This document shows positions 47,493-57,191 of a DNA stretch of 64,000 bases, piece by piece. The notes beneath the pieces are model-generated. The model worked only from the letters and a program-made list of their open reading frames with translations, ran no database searches and had not been told where the DNA came from. A program made the translations under genes and the position numbers. Origin of the DNA: a virus; the IMG/VR virus record IMGVR_UViG_3300021255_005217; one strand, given 5' to 3'. Position 1 is the stretch's first letter, and the number at the start of each line of letters is the position of its first letter.

Positions 47493-48656
47493 TTAGTCTT
47501 TTAATGCTTCATCAGCTGTAGCTTCTGTTTCATCTTCGACTTTACCACCAGTTGTCTTAAGAGCATAAGCTTCAGCTTTCTTCTGGTCAGCCTCATTCAA
47601 AGCTTCACCAGTCTCTTCATTGACAGCATAATTGTCTTTATCAAGAGCGTCAATATGACCACTCAACATGTTTCTAACATCAGTCTTCCATTTTTCATAT
47701 GTGTCTTTGTGCTCATAAAGCCAATCCATCAACTTCTGACGACCTTGCAATGAATAGTGCTCACCTTCAAAGTCAAACTGGAAATATGCGCCTTTTTGAA
47801 CCATGAAGTTGAGCTTCAAGAAGAAGTCAATATATTCTGCATCAGCATTAAAACCACCATCAAAGAAAAGCTTAACACCTTCAGCAAGACGGAATGGAAC
47901 AGAACATTTATTCTTCATGTCACGGATTGTCATCTCAATTCCAATAATACCATCAGCGTCTTTAATATCATCAGACTTTGTAATACGACAAATGATTGAA
48001 GAATAGAAAGGAATAGCCTCACCACCAGTTGGCTGTGGCAAACGAGCCATTGGTTTCATGTTAGCGCGTTCCTGTGAGATCCACAATGTTGTTATGTCAC
48101 GGTCTGCAAAAAGAATGTTGAACTTCTTCAAAAATTCAGCTGTAATACGAGCAGAACCACCAAAAGTTGCTTTACCAAACTCATCATTCATCTGCGTACG
48201 AACTGGTGAAGCTCCATCTGAGTCCCAAATAACAGCAGCGACATCACCTGTACGAATAGCTTCGTCCAAGAACTCTGCAGCATCTTCGATTGTTTCAGGC
48301 TTCAAATGAACAAAATAGTCTGGGCTTGTATCAAGACCAATTGTTTGTGCATATTTCATTTCAAATGTACGCTCAAAGTCTACATAGATTACGACTTTCT
48401 GGTCAGGTCTTCCTGTAATCTCTGGAAGATGCTTTTGAAGGGCAGCTGCACAATATGTACAAACAGCAGACTTACCAGCTGAGTTTGGGCCACGGAAACG
48501 AATAATACGTCCAATTGGAACACCGCCACCGAACATGTATGTCATTAATGGTGACTCAAGCGGACACCATTTCAATGCTGACTTTGTACCATCTCCAATC
48601 AAGCTTGGAGCAGCTGCTATCGTTTTTTTCATCAATTTTCTAAACGCTTCTGACAC
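47493..48656 (-). CDS. RecA/UvsX-family recombinase
   Basis: Walker A FRGPNSAGKSAV (RecA GPESSGKTT-like), VIWDSDGAS Walker-B-like segment, 387 aa. Confidence 0.6.
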   Translation of the reverse strand: MSEAFRKLMKKTIAAAPSLIGDGTKSALKWCPLESPLMTYMFGGGVPIGRIIRFRGPNSAGKSAVCTYCAAALQKHLPEITGRPDQKVVIYVDFERTFEMKYAQTIGLDTSPDYFVHLKPETIEDAAEFLDEAIRTGDVAAVIWDSDGASPVRTQMNDEFGKATFGGSARITAEFLKKFNILFADRDITTLWISQERANMKPMARLPQPTGGEAIPFYSSIICRITKSDDIKDADGIIGIEMTIRDMKNKCSVPFRLAEGVKLFFDGGFNADAEYIDFFLKLNFMVQKGAYFQFDFEGEHYSLQGRQKLMDWLYEHKDTYEKWKTDVRNMLSGHIDALDKDNYAVNEETGEALNEADQKKAEAYALKTTGGKVEDETEATADEALKD

Positions 48657-48689
48657 TTATAAATTTCTCCTTTTATCTAATTTAGATTA

Positions 48690-48723
48690 ATAAAAACAAG
48701 GTAGCCTTTCTCAAGCTACCTTG
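48690..48723 (-). terminator. intrinsic terminator (caaggtagc-loop-gctaccttg)
   Basis: 9-bp stem + T-tract on minus strand downstream of ORF 48750..49925. Confidence 0.6.
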
Positions 48724-48749
48724 CAAAAATGTTTTTTAATAGAAACTTT

Positions 48750-49925
48750 TTAATCCATCAATTTTGTAATGATAATGTTATTAAATGAGTTTTTGTCTCC
48801 AGTAATTTTGATAATTGGTTCTTCTGGAAGAGAAGAATATGTGAATGTTAAAACTTCATTCTGTCTGATAATTGGCTCAAGAACATTCAACTGTAAGAAT
48901 GGGAATGTCATTGAAAACTCATTCTCGTCTTCTTTGTTTTCAACAATTGTGAAAGGCAGCTCAGTCTCAATTGATGTTACCATATCATCAAAATGCATTT
49001 TGAAAAGACTTGCGTTAACATCTGTAACCATTGAAACCTGCTTGTACTGCCAACTGTCATTGCTGAAAACGTCTTTGAACTCATCAAATGCATTAAACAA
49101 ATCTTCAACTTTTACAGAAACTGTGATATATTTGTCTTTTGGTGACATAGCTTCAATTTCAGCATCAGTTGGGCACTGGAAGTTTTCAGGCTCTTGAGCA
49201 AAATAAAGTGTAATTCCATACTGAGCTACATCAGCATAAATCCATGCACAGCCATTGTCATCTTTATAATACTTAATCTCATCAACATCTGCAAAAAGAT
49301 TTGCAGTTGTTTTAAGAAGTGATGCTTCGTCTTCAATGTCAGTTTTCAAGTCGATAATAGAACAATCATCTGCAACTCGAATGTTTTTATTGCCGATTGT
49401 TAAAAACTTGTTTGTGTTCAAAAGAGCAAGAAGCTGTGAAGCAATTGAGATTGTATCTTTTGAGCCAGAAAGCTTGATTGTTTTTGAAGCTTTGTAATAG
49501 TTTGAAGTTGGATATTCTACTACAGCTTTTTTAATTTCTTCAACTTCTGCATCAACTGTTGCAAGGACTGTCTGATTGAAAACAGACTTTGTGTTTTCGC
49601 CTTTAATTGTCAATGAAGTTCTGTCTTTCAAGGTTACTGAAATGATGTCAGACTTTGTTTTTTCAAGAAATTTGACAAAGTTTCCAATTGAACAAGAGAA
49701 ATAAAAATTGTCATTCTCTTTATCAGAAATCAAGTCAAATGTTGCCTGAATATTTCCAGAACCAAGCGAACCATTTCCATAACCATAGATTGTCAACTTG
49801 TCATCTTCAATTACAAAAAGCTGAGTTTGGCTCAATGGTGAAATTGACTCAAGCTTTTTAATAAAGTTTTGAAGAGTTTTAATTCTTGCAATCTGTTCTT
49901 TGTTGATAAAAAATTTAAAATCCAT
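48750..49925 (-). CDS. hypothetical protein, possibly DNA sliding-clamp-like (391 aa)
   Basis: size, position after recombinase and beta-clamp-like N-terminus MDFKFFINKEQ...LTIYG; weak. Confidence 0.3.
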   Translation of the reverse strand: MDFKFFINKEQIARIKTLQNFIKKLESISPLSQTQLFVIEDDKLTIYGYGNGSLGSGNIQATFDLISDKENDNFYFSCSIGNFVKFLEKTKSDIISVTLKDRTSLTIKGENTKSVFNQTVLATVDAEVEEIKKAVVEYPTSNYYKASKTIKLSGSKDTISIASQLLALLNTNKFLTIGNKNIRVADDCSIIDLKTDIEDEASLLKTTANLFADVDEIKYYKDDNGCAWIYADVAQYGITLYFAQEPENFQCPTDAEIEAMSPKDKYITVSVKVEDLFNAFDEFKDVFSNDSWQYKQVSMVTDVNASLFKMHFDDMVTSIETELPFTIVENKEDENEFSMTFPFLQLNVLEPIIRQNEVLTFTYSSLPEEPIIKITGDKNSFNNIIITKLMD

Positions 49926-49946
49926 TATTTTCCTCTATTTATAATA

Positions 49947-50306
49947 TTAACCACGCCCATTGTCATATACAACACCGCGATAAAAATTACAAACTGGCTT
50001 TCCTTTTAGTTTTCCTTTCCAAGTTTTATAAGCATCGCCTTCTTTATTCATATACAGATTTATGACTTTTATCTGTGGGCATCCTGAGAAAAGTCCATAT
50101 GCTTTTCCATCTGGGCAATGCTGCTCAATCTTCTCAACTTTTACTCGGTTTAATGTTTCGCCGCTTTCGTCTGAGTAGCCATATTCATCTTGAACAATTA
50201 CATATTCAATGCGAGTATTGCCTTTCCACCCAATAGATTGGGAATAACTCATAGCTGGAGCTCGCCTATTCGACTCTCCATTAAATCCCATTGGAAGTTC
50301 TTTCAT
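49947..50306 (-). CDS. hypothetical protein (119 aa)
   Basis: ORF. Confidence 0.4.
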   Translation of the reverse strand: MKELPMGFNGESNRRAPAMSYSQSIGWKGNTRIEYVIVQDEYGYSDESGETLNRVKVEKIEQHCPDGKAYGLFSGCPQIKVINLYMNKEGDAYKTWKGKLKGKPVCNFYRGVVYDNGRG

Positions 50307-50768
50307 TTACCATCTCCACATTCGTTCTGTCATGTCTTTTGCTGGAAGACAATGTTTATATCTGTAAAACTTTCCGTTTACTTTTGCGATAGGTAGGAAT
50401 TTTATTTCTCCATTTATACGGAGCTCAGAATAGAAAATGTCAGATGGGATAGGTTTATTGTCGTTGAATTCTTCATTAAATGTCTTTTCTTCAAGTGTCA
50501 CTTCAAACTCAACATTTTCAATTGTGTTTATTTTTGTAATTAGGAATGTGCGGGCTTCTTTAGGTTCTTTTATGATTTCACCATAAATGTCAACAACAAC
50601 CCATTCTTGATTTGTGGATGCTCGAAGCTCATGTAAAAAATACCACATGGCTTTGTGGCCTTTTTCATCCCAGCGAGAAGCAATGCTTTTTTCTTCTGTT
50701 AATGAATAATGACCACAAAGGTTAAGAAAATAATGTGCGCTTGGATAACTTCTAATATAATACCACAT
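50307..50768 (-). CDS. hypothetical protein (153 aa)
   Basis: ORF. Confidence 0.4.
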   Translation of the reverse strand: MWYYIRSYPSAHYFLNLCGHYSLTEEKSIASRWDEKGHKAMWYFLHELRASTNQEWVVVDIYGEIIKEPKEARTFLITKINTIENVEFEVTLEEKTFNEEFNDNKPIPSDIFYSELRINGEIKFLPIAKVNGKFYRYKHCLPAKDMTERMWRW

Positions 50769-50778
50769 AGATATTATA

Positions 50779-51093
50779 TTAATAGCTTCCTTTCATAATT
50801 CTGTTAAGTTCGTCTTTTTCATTGATGCCAGTTGCGACCATTGCATCGAAGTCACAATGTCCATCACAGTCAAATTCAGGATGTCCCCATTCTTCAAATT
50901 TGAAACCATTCGGCATACATTTTTTGATTTCAGAAAGAAGTTCAGGTGTGATGCCTTCGTAGTCATGGTTGACCATGTATTCAAGAGTTTGGCGTGTCTT
51001 GTATTCCCACTGTTTATCAGCTGCTTTTACAGCTGCGTATGTAAATGGAATTGCCAGAATAGCAACTGCAACATACATCAAAACTTTTTTCAT
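50779..51093 (-). CDS. small secreted protein (signal peptide MKKVLMYVAVAILAIPFTYAA)
   Basis: N-terminal signal sequence. Confidence 0.45.
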   Translation of the reverse strand: MKKVLMYVAVAILAIPFTYAAVKAADKQWEYKTRQTLEYMVNHDYEGITPELLSEIKKCMPNGFKFEEWGHPEFDCDGHCDFDAMVATGINEKDELNRIMKGSY

Positions 51094-51250
51094 TTTTTAC
51101 CTCCAAAGAAGAGCTTGTGGATAGTCTGCGATTTTTGAAGCTGTGTGTTCGATTGCTGTTTCCCAATCGTAAGAACCTTTCTTGATGGCTTCTTTAAGAG
51201 CCTTCAAAAACTTTTTCTTATTCTTTTCCATAAGAAAACCTCCCACATTT

Positions 51251-51604
51251 TTACCAAACATATTTGCCATTGACTTCACGGATTTTGCCTTCAGCAATTG
51301 AACCGTTTACAAGCTGGCGTGCATATTTGATAATTTTTCTTTTGAGAATTGCATCCTGTTTTTCAGAAAGATAACCTTTATATTTGAGCTGTTTTGCAAA
51401 TGATGAAAGTAATGGCGCGTCAGCTCCTGTGAAACCAACACCATTGTATTTGTTAGTTGACTCAGACTTCTGTTCGTCGAATGTCTGATTCTGGAAGATG
51501 CGAAGAAGAGCTCTTTTGCGAATGTCTGAACGAACCGAAAGCTGAGCTCTCATCTGTTTTACAATTGCTTCTTTTGAAGTGTATACCATATCCGCAACCT
51601 CCAT
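51251..51604 (-). CDS. hypothetical protein (start more likely internal ATG ~51589 after SD GGAGG)
   Basis: promoter copy 5 ends only 7 nt before annotated start. Confidence 0.4.
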   Translation of the reverse strand: MEVADMVYTSKEAIVKQMRAQLSVRSDIRKRALLRIFQNQTFDEQKSESTNKYNGVGFTGADAPLLSSFAKQLKYKGYLSEKQDAILKRKIIKYARQLVNGSIAEGKIREVNGKYVW

Positions 51605-51610
51605 AGCGTT

Positions 51611-51657
51611 TGTTACGGATATAATATATGAAAATTATGTGACTAGTTCAAAAAATT
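51611..51657 (-). promoter_or_regulatory. conserved sigmaA-type promoter copy 5
   Basis: TTGAAC-N17-TATATT-ATATCCGTAAC. Confidence 0.55.
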
Positions 51658-52134
51658 TTAGTCTTTTTCAACAATTAAAATTTCACAATCAATGCCTTTG
51701 AAAACATCAATGATAAGACTTTCAATTTTATCCCAATCTCGTCTGTCATAAATTCCGCAGCAAATCTTAGGCATAGCAATTTTAGGCGTAAGAATGCTGC
51801 TTTTTCGTGCAACATCTGCTGCCAAACTCATAAGAGCTTCTTTGATGTTTGAATAGTCTGGATATTTCTGTGGAAGTGACTTAACGACAAGAGCATATAA
51901 GTCTTGAGTTCCTGAAGTAAATGCAATACAGTAACCTTTTCCTTTCCATTTTGTTGCCTCTTCAGGCAATGACTTCAAAAGAGCTTCAACACGAAACTTA
52001 TCATCGAGTTGCTTACAGATACCGACATCACATCTGTAAGTTGCATCAACTGCAAAAGCAATTGAATATCCAATCTGGCTGAAAATATCACCTTTTATTT
52101 TATTGAGGGTCATAATTTCCTCCTTCCCAAACAA
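51658..52134 (-). CDS. hypothetical protein (158 aa), weak macro-domain-like N-terminus
   Basis: KIKGDIFSQIGYSIAFAVDA loosely resembles macro GDIT..DAIVNAAN but lacks GGGV; call weak. Confidence 0.3.
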   Translation of the reverse strand: MFGKEEIMTLNKIKGDIFSQIGYSIAFAVDATYRCDVGICKQLDDKFRVEALLKSLPEEATKWKGKGYCIAFTSGTQDLYALVVKSLPQKYPDYSNIKEALMSLAADVARKSSILTPKIAMPKICCGIYDRRDWDKIESLIIDVFKGIDCEILIVEKD

Positions 52135-52813
52135 TTTTTATTTCATTTTTTGGCGGTCTATAATGGCAGCTTTTTGCTTCTGTGCAGAAACCAACATGAA
52201 CACATTTTGGAACAAATAGAGCATCAGCAATTTCTTTCCATTCTGGCGAATATTCACTCAAAGCATCTTTCAATTCTTTAGCAAGTGCTCTAATTTCCCA
52301 ATATGCACGATTACACAAACGCATTCCGAAGAAGTTTACTAAAGTACGAAGATTGACTTTCCAAACCATTTTACTTCGATACGCAAGAGGCAATAAATTC
52401 GTCAAGTCTTCATTTGGAATACCATAGTCTTTCAGTATTCTCATCGCACTTCTGACTGTTTCAATAGTTGAATTCCATACAGCCAAAGCATCTTGATTTT
52501 TTTCAATTGAAGATGGTATTACAACATCAACGCCTTTCTTTTCATAGTCAATATAGCGAGTTGAAGCTTGCAATCTTGTTGGGCTTCCACCAATATGTGT
52601 GTACAACTCACGAAGGCATTTTGCTGAATATCCATCTATGACAACATAGACATCTGGAAATTCTTCAGTTCTACCATGCCCACTTTCGATACAGTCCCAG
52701 GCACGTTTTATGTTTTTCTGTCTGTCTTCAATGTTTGCTCCCCAACAAATACCGGAAAACTCTCCAATCATTTGGAGAGGAACTTTCGTCGTGTATTCTT
52801 TTATAGTTATCAC
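52100..52813 (-). CDS. ThyX-like (flavin-dependent thymidylate synthase family) protein with degenerate RHR motif
   Basis: SAKCLRELYTHIGGSPTRLQASTRY parallels ThyX ..RELxRHRxxSxxxxSxRY but RHR is replaced by THI. Confidence 0.5.
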   Translation of the reverse strand: MITIKEYTTKVPLQMIGEFSGICWGANIEDRQKNIKRAWDCIESGHGRTEEFPDVYVVIDGYSAKCLRELYTHIGGSPTRLQASTRYIDYEKKGVDVVIPSSIEKNQDALAVWNSTIETVRSAMRILKDYGIPNEDLTNLLPLAYRSKMVWKVNLRTLVNFFGMRLCNRAYWEIRALAKELKDALSEYSPEWKEIADALFVPKCVHVGFCTEAKSCHYRPPKNEIKIVWEGGNYDPQ

Positions 52814-53100
52814 TCAACTACCTCATATGTTTGCTCAAAGATGTCTGGCTTACAAAAATAGAATTCACCTTTAACGCCGCGAATGACAAAATCTCCAATT
52901 GTCGCTACATGCTTTGCTTTTCCATCAACGCCATCTTCCAAAGTTCTGATAACCAACTCGCCATTTTCAAGATGAACATTATCGCCTGCAAATTTTTTCA
53001 CTGCATCAAAGTTTTTACCATTCCAACCAATCGCTGCAACAGTTACAGGCTTCTTTCTGAAAATATGTTCTTCTTTTGTACAATCAAAAGCATCACTCAT
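52810..53100 (-). CDS. hypothetical protein (96 aa)
   Basis: ORF. Confidence 0.4.
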   Translation of the reverse strand: MSDAFDCTKEEHIFRKKPVTVAAIGWNGKNFDAVKKFAGDNVHLENGELVIRTLEDGVDGKAKHVATIGDFVIRGVKGEFYFCKPDIFEQTYEVVE

Positions 53101-53133
53101 TTTTTGTTTCTCCTTTATGAATATAGATTAATG

Positions 53134-53160
53134 AAAAAAGGACCACTTTCGTGGTCCCTT
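53134..53160 (-). terminator. intrinsic terminator (aaggaccac-tttc-gtggtcc)
   Basis: after flotillin-like gene. Confidence 0.6.
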
Positions 53161-53176
53161 CACTTAAAAGCTTATG

Positions 53177-54820
53177 TTATGCTTTGTCTTTTGTTGAAAG
53201 TGCTTTCGCAACTTCTGAACCAACAAGCTTTCCACCAACAAGGCCCTTAACAACGTCTCCAAGGTCGATACCAAGCGAGTCTTTAAGACCTGCACCAACC
53301 TGAGTGATTGTCTTAGTGATGTTGCCTGTAAGAAGGTTGTCACCACCATCTTTTCCACCACTGTACATTGTGATGTTTCCAACTTTCTCCCAAGGTTTGG
53401 CAGCTGCTTCATACATTGCTGGCAACTGGCTGAAGAGCGCTTTCAGTGCTTCCAACTGCATGTCCATTTTACCAGTTTCATTCATCTTTGCGAGAGCTTC
53501 AGCTTTCTTGTTGATTGCTTCAGCCTCAGCCAAACCTTTCTGTTTCAAACCTTCAGCTTCAGCAAGTGCTTTCTTACGAAGACCTTCAGCTTCAGCTTCG
53601 AGTTTAGCTTTTACAGCAGCAGCTTCAGCTTCACCCTTGGCCTGGATAGCTTCAGCAAGAGCTTTCTGACCTTCAGCTTCATTCAACTTCTGCTGTTTTT
53701 CAGCTTCAGACCTTGCAACCAAAGCTTCAGCGGCTTTTTCCTGCTCGTATTTATCAGCTTCAGCTTTCTTCTGGAGAGCAATGAGGTTTGCTTCAGCATT
53801 GCGCTCTTTCTCAATCTTTTCAGCTTCAGCGGCTTTTGTACGTTCATAAAGTTCAGCATCAGCACGAGTCTGAGCAGCATACTTTTCAGCATCGGCCTGT
53901 TTCTTGATTTCAGCATCAAGTGCTTTTTCCTTGATTGAGATTTCCTGCTCTTTCAAGTCATTCTCTTTCTGCAAGCGGGCAATCTCAGCTTCCTGTTTTG
54001 TAACCTCAACAGTCTTACGCTGTGTTTCTTTCTCAATTGCACCTGCAGCTTCAGCTTTTGCAATCTGCTTCAAACGTTCAGCTTCAAGTTCGGCTTTACG
54101 AACTTCAAGAGCATTGTTCTTTTCAGCAATTGCAGTATCAGCAGCAACCTTTGCGTCATTTGACTCTTCACGAGCTTTTGCTTCTGCAACAGCAACTTCT
54201 TTGTTAGCATTTGCTTTTGCAATTGATGCGTTCTTCTGAATAGTTGCGATGTTATCGATACCAAGGTTGTTGATTACACCCTGCTCATCGCTGAAGTTCT
54301 GTACATTGAATGATACAATCTCAAGACCCATTTTGTTAAGGTCTGGAACTGCATTTTCCTGAACCTTCTCAGCAAAAGTTTTGCGGTCATTCATCATGGC
54401 TTTCAAAGTCATGGTACCAACAATTTCACGCAAGTTACCTTCAAGAACTTCGCGAGCAACGCTGTTGATATATCGTACATCCTGGTTTAAGAAGTTCTGT
54501 GATGCTTTCTGCAACATTTCATCAGAAGTACCAATCTTGATGTTCGCTACAGCATCAACTGAGATATTGATACATTCTGCAGTTGGAACAGCTTCCTGTG
54601 TCTTTACATCAACTGAAATCAACTCAAGAGTAAGTTCATCCTTACGTTCGAGGAACGGAATCCTGAAGCCAGACTTTCCAATAACTTTTCGTGCATTCTT
54701 GCGCAAACCCGAAATAACAAAACATTTATTTGTTGGAGCTTTGAAATATCCAACAAAAAACATGATAAGAATGAGGATTGCAAGAATTCCTCCACCAATA
54801 ATTGCTGACAAAATTAACAC
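53177..54820 (-). CDS. flotillin/SPFH (band-7) family membrane protein with long Ala/Glu-rich coiled coil
   Basis: N-terminal TM LILSAIIGGGILAILILIMFF, SPFH-like core, ~200-aa EAxAK/AEAE repeat region, 547 aa as in YqiK/flotillins. Confidence 0.7.
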   Translation of the reverse strand: MLILSAIIGGGILAILILIMFFVGYFKAPTNKCFVISGLRKNARKVIGKSGFRIPFLERKDELTLELISVDVKTQEAVPTAECINISVDAVANIKIGTSDEMLQKASQNFLNQDVRYINSVAREVLEGNLREIVGTMTLKAMMNDRKTFAEKVQENAVPDLNKMGLEIVSFNVQNFSDEQGVINNLGIDNIATIQKNASIAKANANKEVAVAEAKAREESNDAKVAADTAIAEKNNALEVRKAELEAERLKQIAKAEAAGAIEKETQRKTVEVTKQEAEIARLQKENDLKEQEISIKEKALDAEIKKQADAEKYAAQTRADAELYERTKAAEAEKIEKERNAEANLIALQKKAEADKYEQEKAAEALVARSEAEKQQKLNEAEGQKALAEAIQAKGEAEAAAVKAKLEAEAEGLRKKALAEAEGLKQKGLAEAEAINKKAEALAKMNETGKMDMQLEALKALFSQLPAMYEAAAKPWEKVGNITMYSGGKDGGDNLLTGNITKTITQVGAGLKDSLGIDLGDVVKGLVGGKLVGSEVAKALSTKDKA

Positions 54821-54860
54821 TTGTCAACCTCCTTAAAAATTATTATTATTATTTTATATA

Positions 54861-55925
54861 TTAATTGCCATCTGTTTGAAATGGCAATATTTTTTCAGAA
54901 TTTTTTGGTTTTATTACCAAAACTTTGCTTGCGCATGTTTTTCCATTCACATGCACAACATACTTTCCAGAGAACTCTTTGACAATAGCATATCCAAGGC
55001 CATAGTCATATTTTCCACGGCTATAAGGATAGGCAATCATGTCACCAGCTTCAATTTCAACTCCACTCATGTCTGTAAGTTTATCGATATTGATTTCTGG
55101 TCTTCCACCAAGTCTGTTTTTTCGAGGTTTGATGGTTTTCTTTGAAACAATGAAGTCAAACTCATTCTGGTAAGCTTTTTCTAAGAGCTCAATAATTCCA
55201 GTTTCACCAACCAATTTTTCCATATCACGTTTTGTGATGTCTTGATTGTCGGGGATGTAAACTTCCCATGAACATCCGTGCCCAATGATTGTATTCCAGC
55301 TTTCATCTTTGTAATAAAATAAATACTCACCTTTATCGCACGTATATTTTACAGAGTCACCATATTTTTTACGAAGCTGTTTTCCAGCATAGTCAAAAAT
55401 AAATGTTGACATTACAAGATGAGACTTAGAAATCCAAGAGTTGTCATCTTCAACTTCTGTGTTGCTGATGCCATTCCAATCATAGTTGACATCATTCAAA
55501 ACTTTATGACAGTGTGTCTCAAATGGTGAAAATTTTACTGGCTCAACAGTGAGACTTTTCTTGTTGATGCCGTCACCCGAAAACCAAGAGTCTTTGAACG
55601 GGTCGAAGCTTGGAATTTTTACACGGTCACCATATATGAAACCATAGTTTTTTGTAACATGCTCATGTTTTTCATAGTCATAGTCTAACCGAGTATGAAC
55701 GCTTTCTTTGTATGTAACGCCAACAGTATTGCCATCTTTATCTGGAACACCGCATGTATCATAACACCAAAGACCAGCATTCCAGATAAAACCGCAATCA
55801 TTGATATAATTTTCATCACCTTCTGGAAAAAGACTTTTCCAATTTTTTTCTTTGAAAACAATTCTGAAATAGTTTTGAGATTTCTGTTTTTCAGTTGCAA
55901 TGTCTTTAATAAGAGATGTTACCAT
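54861..55925 (-). CDS. hypothetical protein (354 aa)
   Basis: ORF. Confidence 0.5.
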   Translation of the reverse strand: MVTSLIKDIATEKQKSQNYFRIVFKEKNWKSLFPEGDENYINDCGFIWNAGLWCYDTCGVPDKDGNTVGVTYKESVHTRLDYDYEKHEHVTKNYGFIYGDRVKIPSFDPFKDSWFSGDGINKKSLTVEPVKFSPFETHCHKVLNDVNYDWNGISNTEVEDDNSWISKSHLVMSTFIFDYAGKQLRKKYGDSVKYTCDKGEYLFYYKDESWNTIIGHGCSWEVYIPDNQDITKRDMEKLVGETGIIELLEKAYQNEFDFIVSKKTIKPRKNRLGGRPEINIDKLTDMSGVEIEAGDMIAYPYSRGKYDYGLGYAIVKEFSGKYVVHVNGKTCASKVLVIKPKNSEKILPFQTDGN

Positions 55926-56435
55926 TTACCACTTCCCATAGTTTGCTGGATTTTTAGAAAATCGATTGTATGCCCTGTCAGCATCAATCATCAACTTTTT
56001 TGCTGCTCGGCATTGTTTTTGCGCGGCGATGTACATCTCACGAAAATACAAAAGCTCATAGTGAAGCAAGTCTCTGTCAGAACGCAAAGACTTAATTCTC
56101 CATATTGCAGTCATCGCGCCTTTTGTCTCAATGATATGATTTTGGATTCTGCTGAGCTCTTTTTTCCAGAAATGATAGCAATCAAGCTTTTTATGAAGCT
56201 GACACCAGTATTGAGAGCCTTTATCAAGCTCAGTCTCAAAAATCTTGTCAGTATCTCGAACCCAATTTGCTCTGTGTTTACGACTCCAAAGTATATGCAT
56301 CTGTGATTGTTCCTCCTCTGAAAATTGCACATCCAAAAAGATGGATTGAACGTCGACGATTGTCAAAGTCGAGTTCACCATCTTGCGGCATAATTTTCTC
56401 ATTTCGAAAAACGATTGTTCTGACTTTATAGTCAT
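55926..56435 (-). CDS. hypothetical protein (169 aa)
   Basis: ORF. Confidence 0.4.
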   Translation of the reverse strand: MTIKSEQSFFEMRKLCRKMVNSTLTIVDVQSIFLDVQFSEEEQSQMHILWSRKHRANWVRDTDKIFETELDKGSQYWCQLHKKLDCYHFWKKELSRIQNHIIETKGAMTAIWRIKSLRSDRDLLHYELLYFREMYIAAQKQCRAAKKLMIDADRAYNRFSKNPANYGKW

Positions 56436-56592
56436 TACTACATTCTTGAATTCTTACTTCTGCGTCCTTAAACTCTTCAGGAATTTGGTTAAGAACAGTT
56501 TTAAGCTCACCAGCTGTAAAAGGCTTATTGCCTTGTGTTCTGAAAACAGTTTCTTCGTCATTTCCGCGGTCTCTGTGCTCAACAGTAATCAT
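56278..56592 (-). CDS. hypothetical protein (104 aa; overlaps neighbour, start uncertain)
   Basis: ORF. Confidence 0.3.
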   Translation of the reverse strand: MITVEHRDRGNDEETVFRTQGNKPFTAGELKTVLNQIPEEFKDAEVRIQECSNDYKVRTIVFRNEKIMPQDGELDFDNRRRSIHLFGCAIFRGGTITDAYTLES

Positions 56593-57191
56593 GCGTTTGC
56601 CTCCAAGAACTTTACTTCAGCCCAATCATACATATAAGGAAGTGGAGCTGCATCTTCAATTCCAGTGTTTTTTACATAGCCAAATGGCTCATTATCATGG
56701 CTCAAAAATGGAGCAAAATACAGCCACATTCCATCTTGAAGAATTATCTGGTATGTGTAGGTGTTGTCTTTCTCCAAAGAAAACCAAACCAAGTCATCAT
56801 CGTACCAGCCATTTTTGCGTAAGATTTCATCAACTGTCCATTTAGACCATCGACTGCCTGAGCTCGAATAACCAATTCCCATCTTGTCTTCTTCTGAAAG
56901 CTCATCAAAAGGTGTTCCATTAGGGTCCAAATGATATGTATAGTTTTTGCTATCAATGAGCCACTTCGCATGTTTTTCAGCTTCAGCGCGTGTTATCTTA
57001 GACTCAATCTTGTTGTAGCTGACAAACGTATTGAAGAAGTTTATGACGTTTTCAATTTTGTCTTCATCACCTTTATGGTATTGGAAGCAAAATGCTTTTC
57101 CACCTTTCCAGAGTTCAGTGTTCTCATAAACTTTCCAAGGAAGGCCGAAACTTTCAAGCTTCTCTTTATTTACTGAACCAACTTTAAACAT
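56589..57191 (-). CDS. hypothetical protein (200 aa)
   Basis: ORF. Confidence 0.45.
   Translation of the reverse strand: MFKVGSVNKEKLESFGLPWKVYENTELWKGGKAFCFQYHKGDEDKIENVINFFNTFVSYNKIESKITRAEAEKHAKWLIDSKNYTYHLDPNGTPFDELSEEDKMGIGYSSSGSRWSKWTVDEILRKNGWYDDDLVWFSLEKDNTYTYQIILQDGMWLYFAPFLSHDNEPFGYVKNTGIEDAAPLPYMYDWAEVKFLEANA

Noticed and set aside
51658-52134. Macro-domain (ADP-ribose hydrolase) call for the 158-aa protein
   Set aside because: Only a loose GDI...AxAVDA resemblance; the diagnostic NAAN and GGGV motifs are absent. Left as hypothetical.
53304-54264. Several 60-120-aa ORFs on both strands inside the flotillin gene
   Set aside because: They arise from the low-complexity GCN/GAA-rich coiled-coil coding region (Ala/Ser/Leu-rich pseudo-proteins); artefacts.
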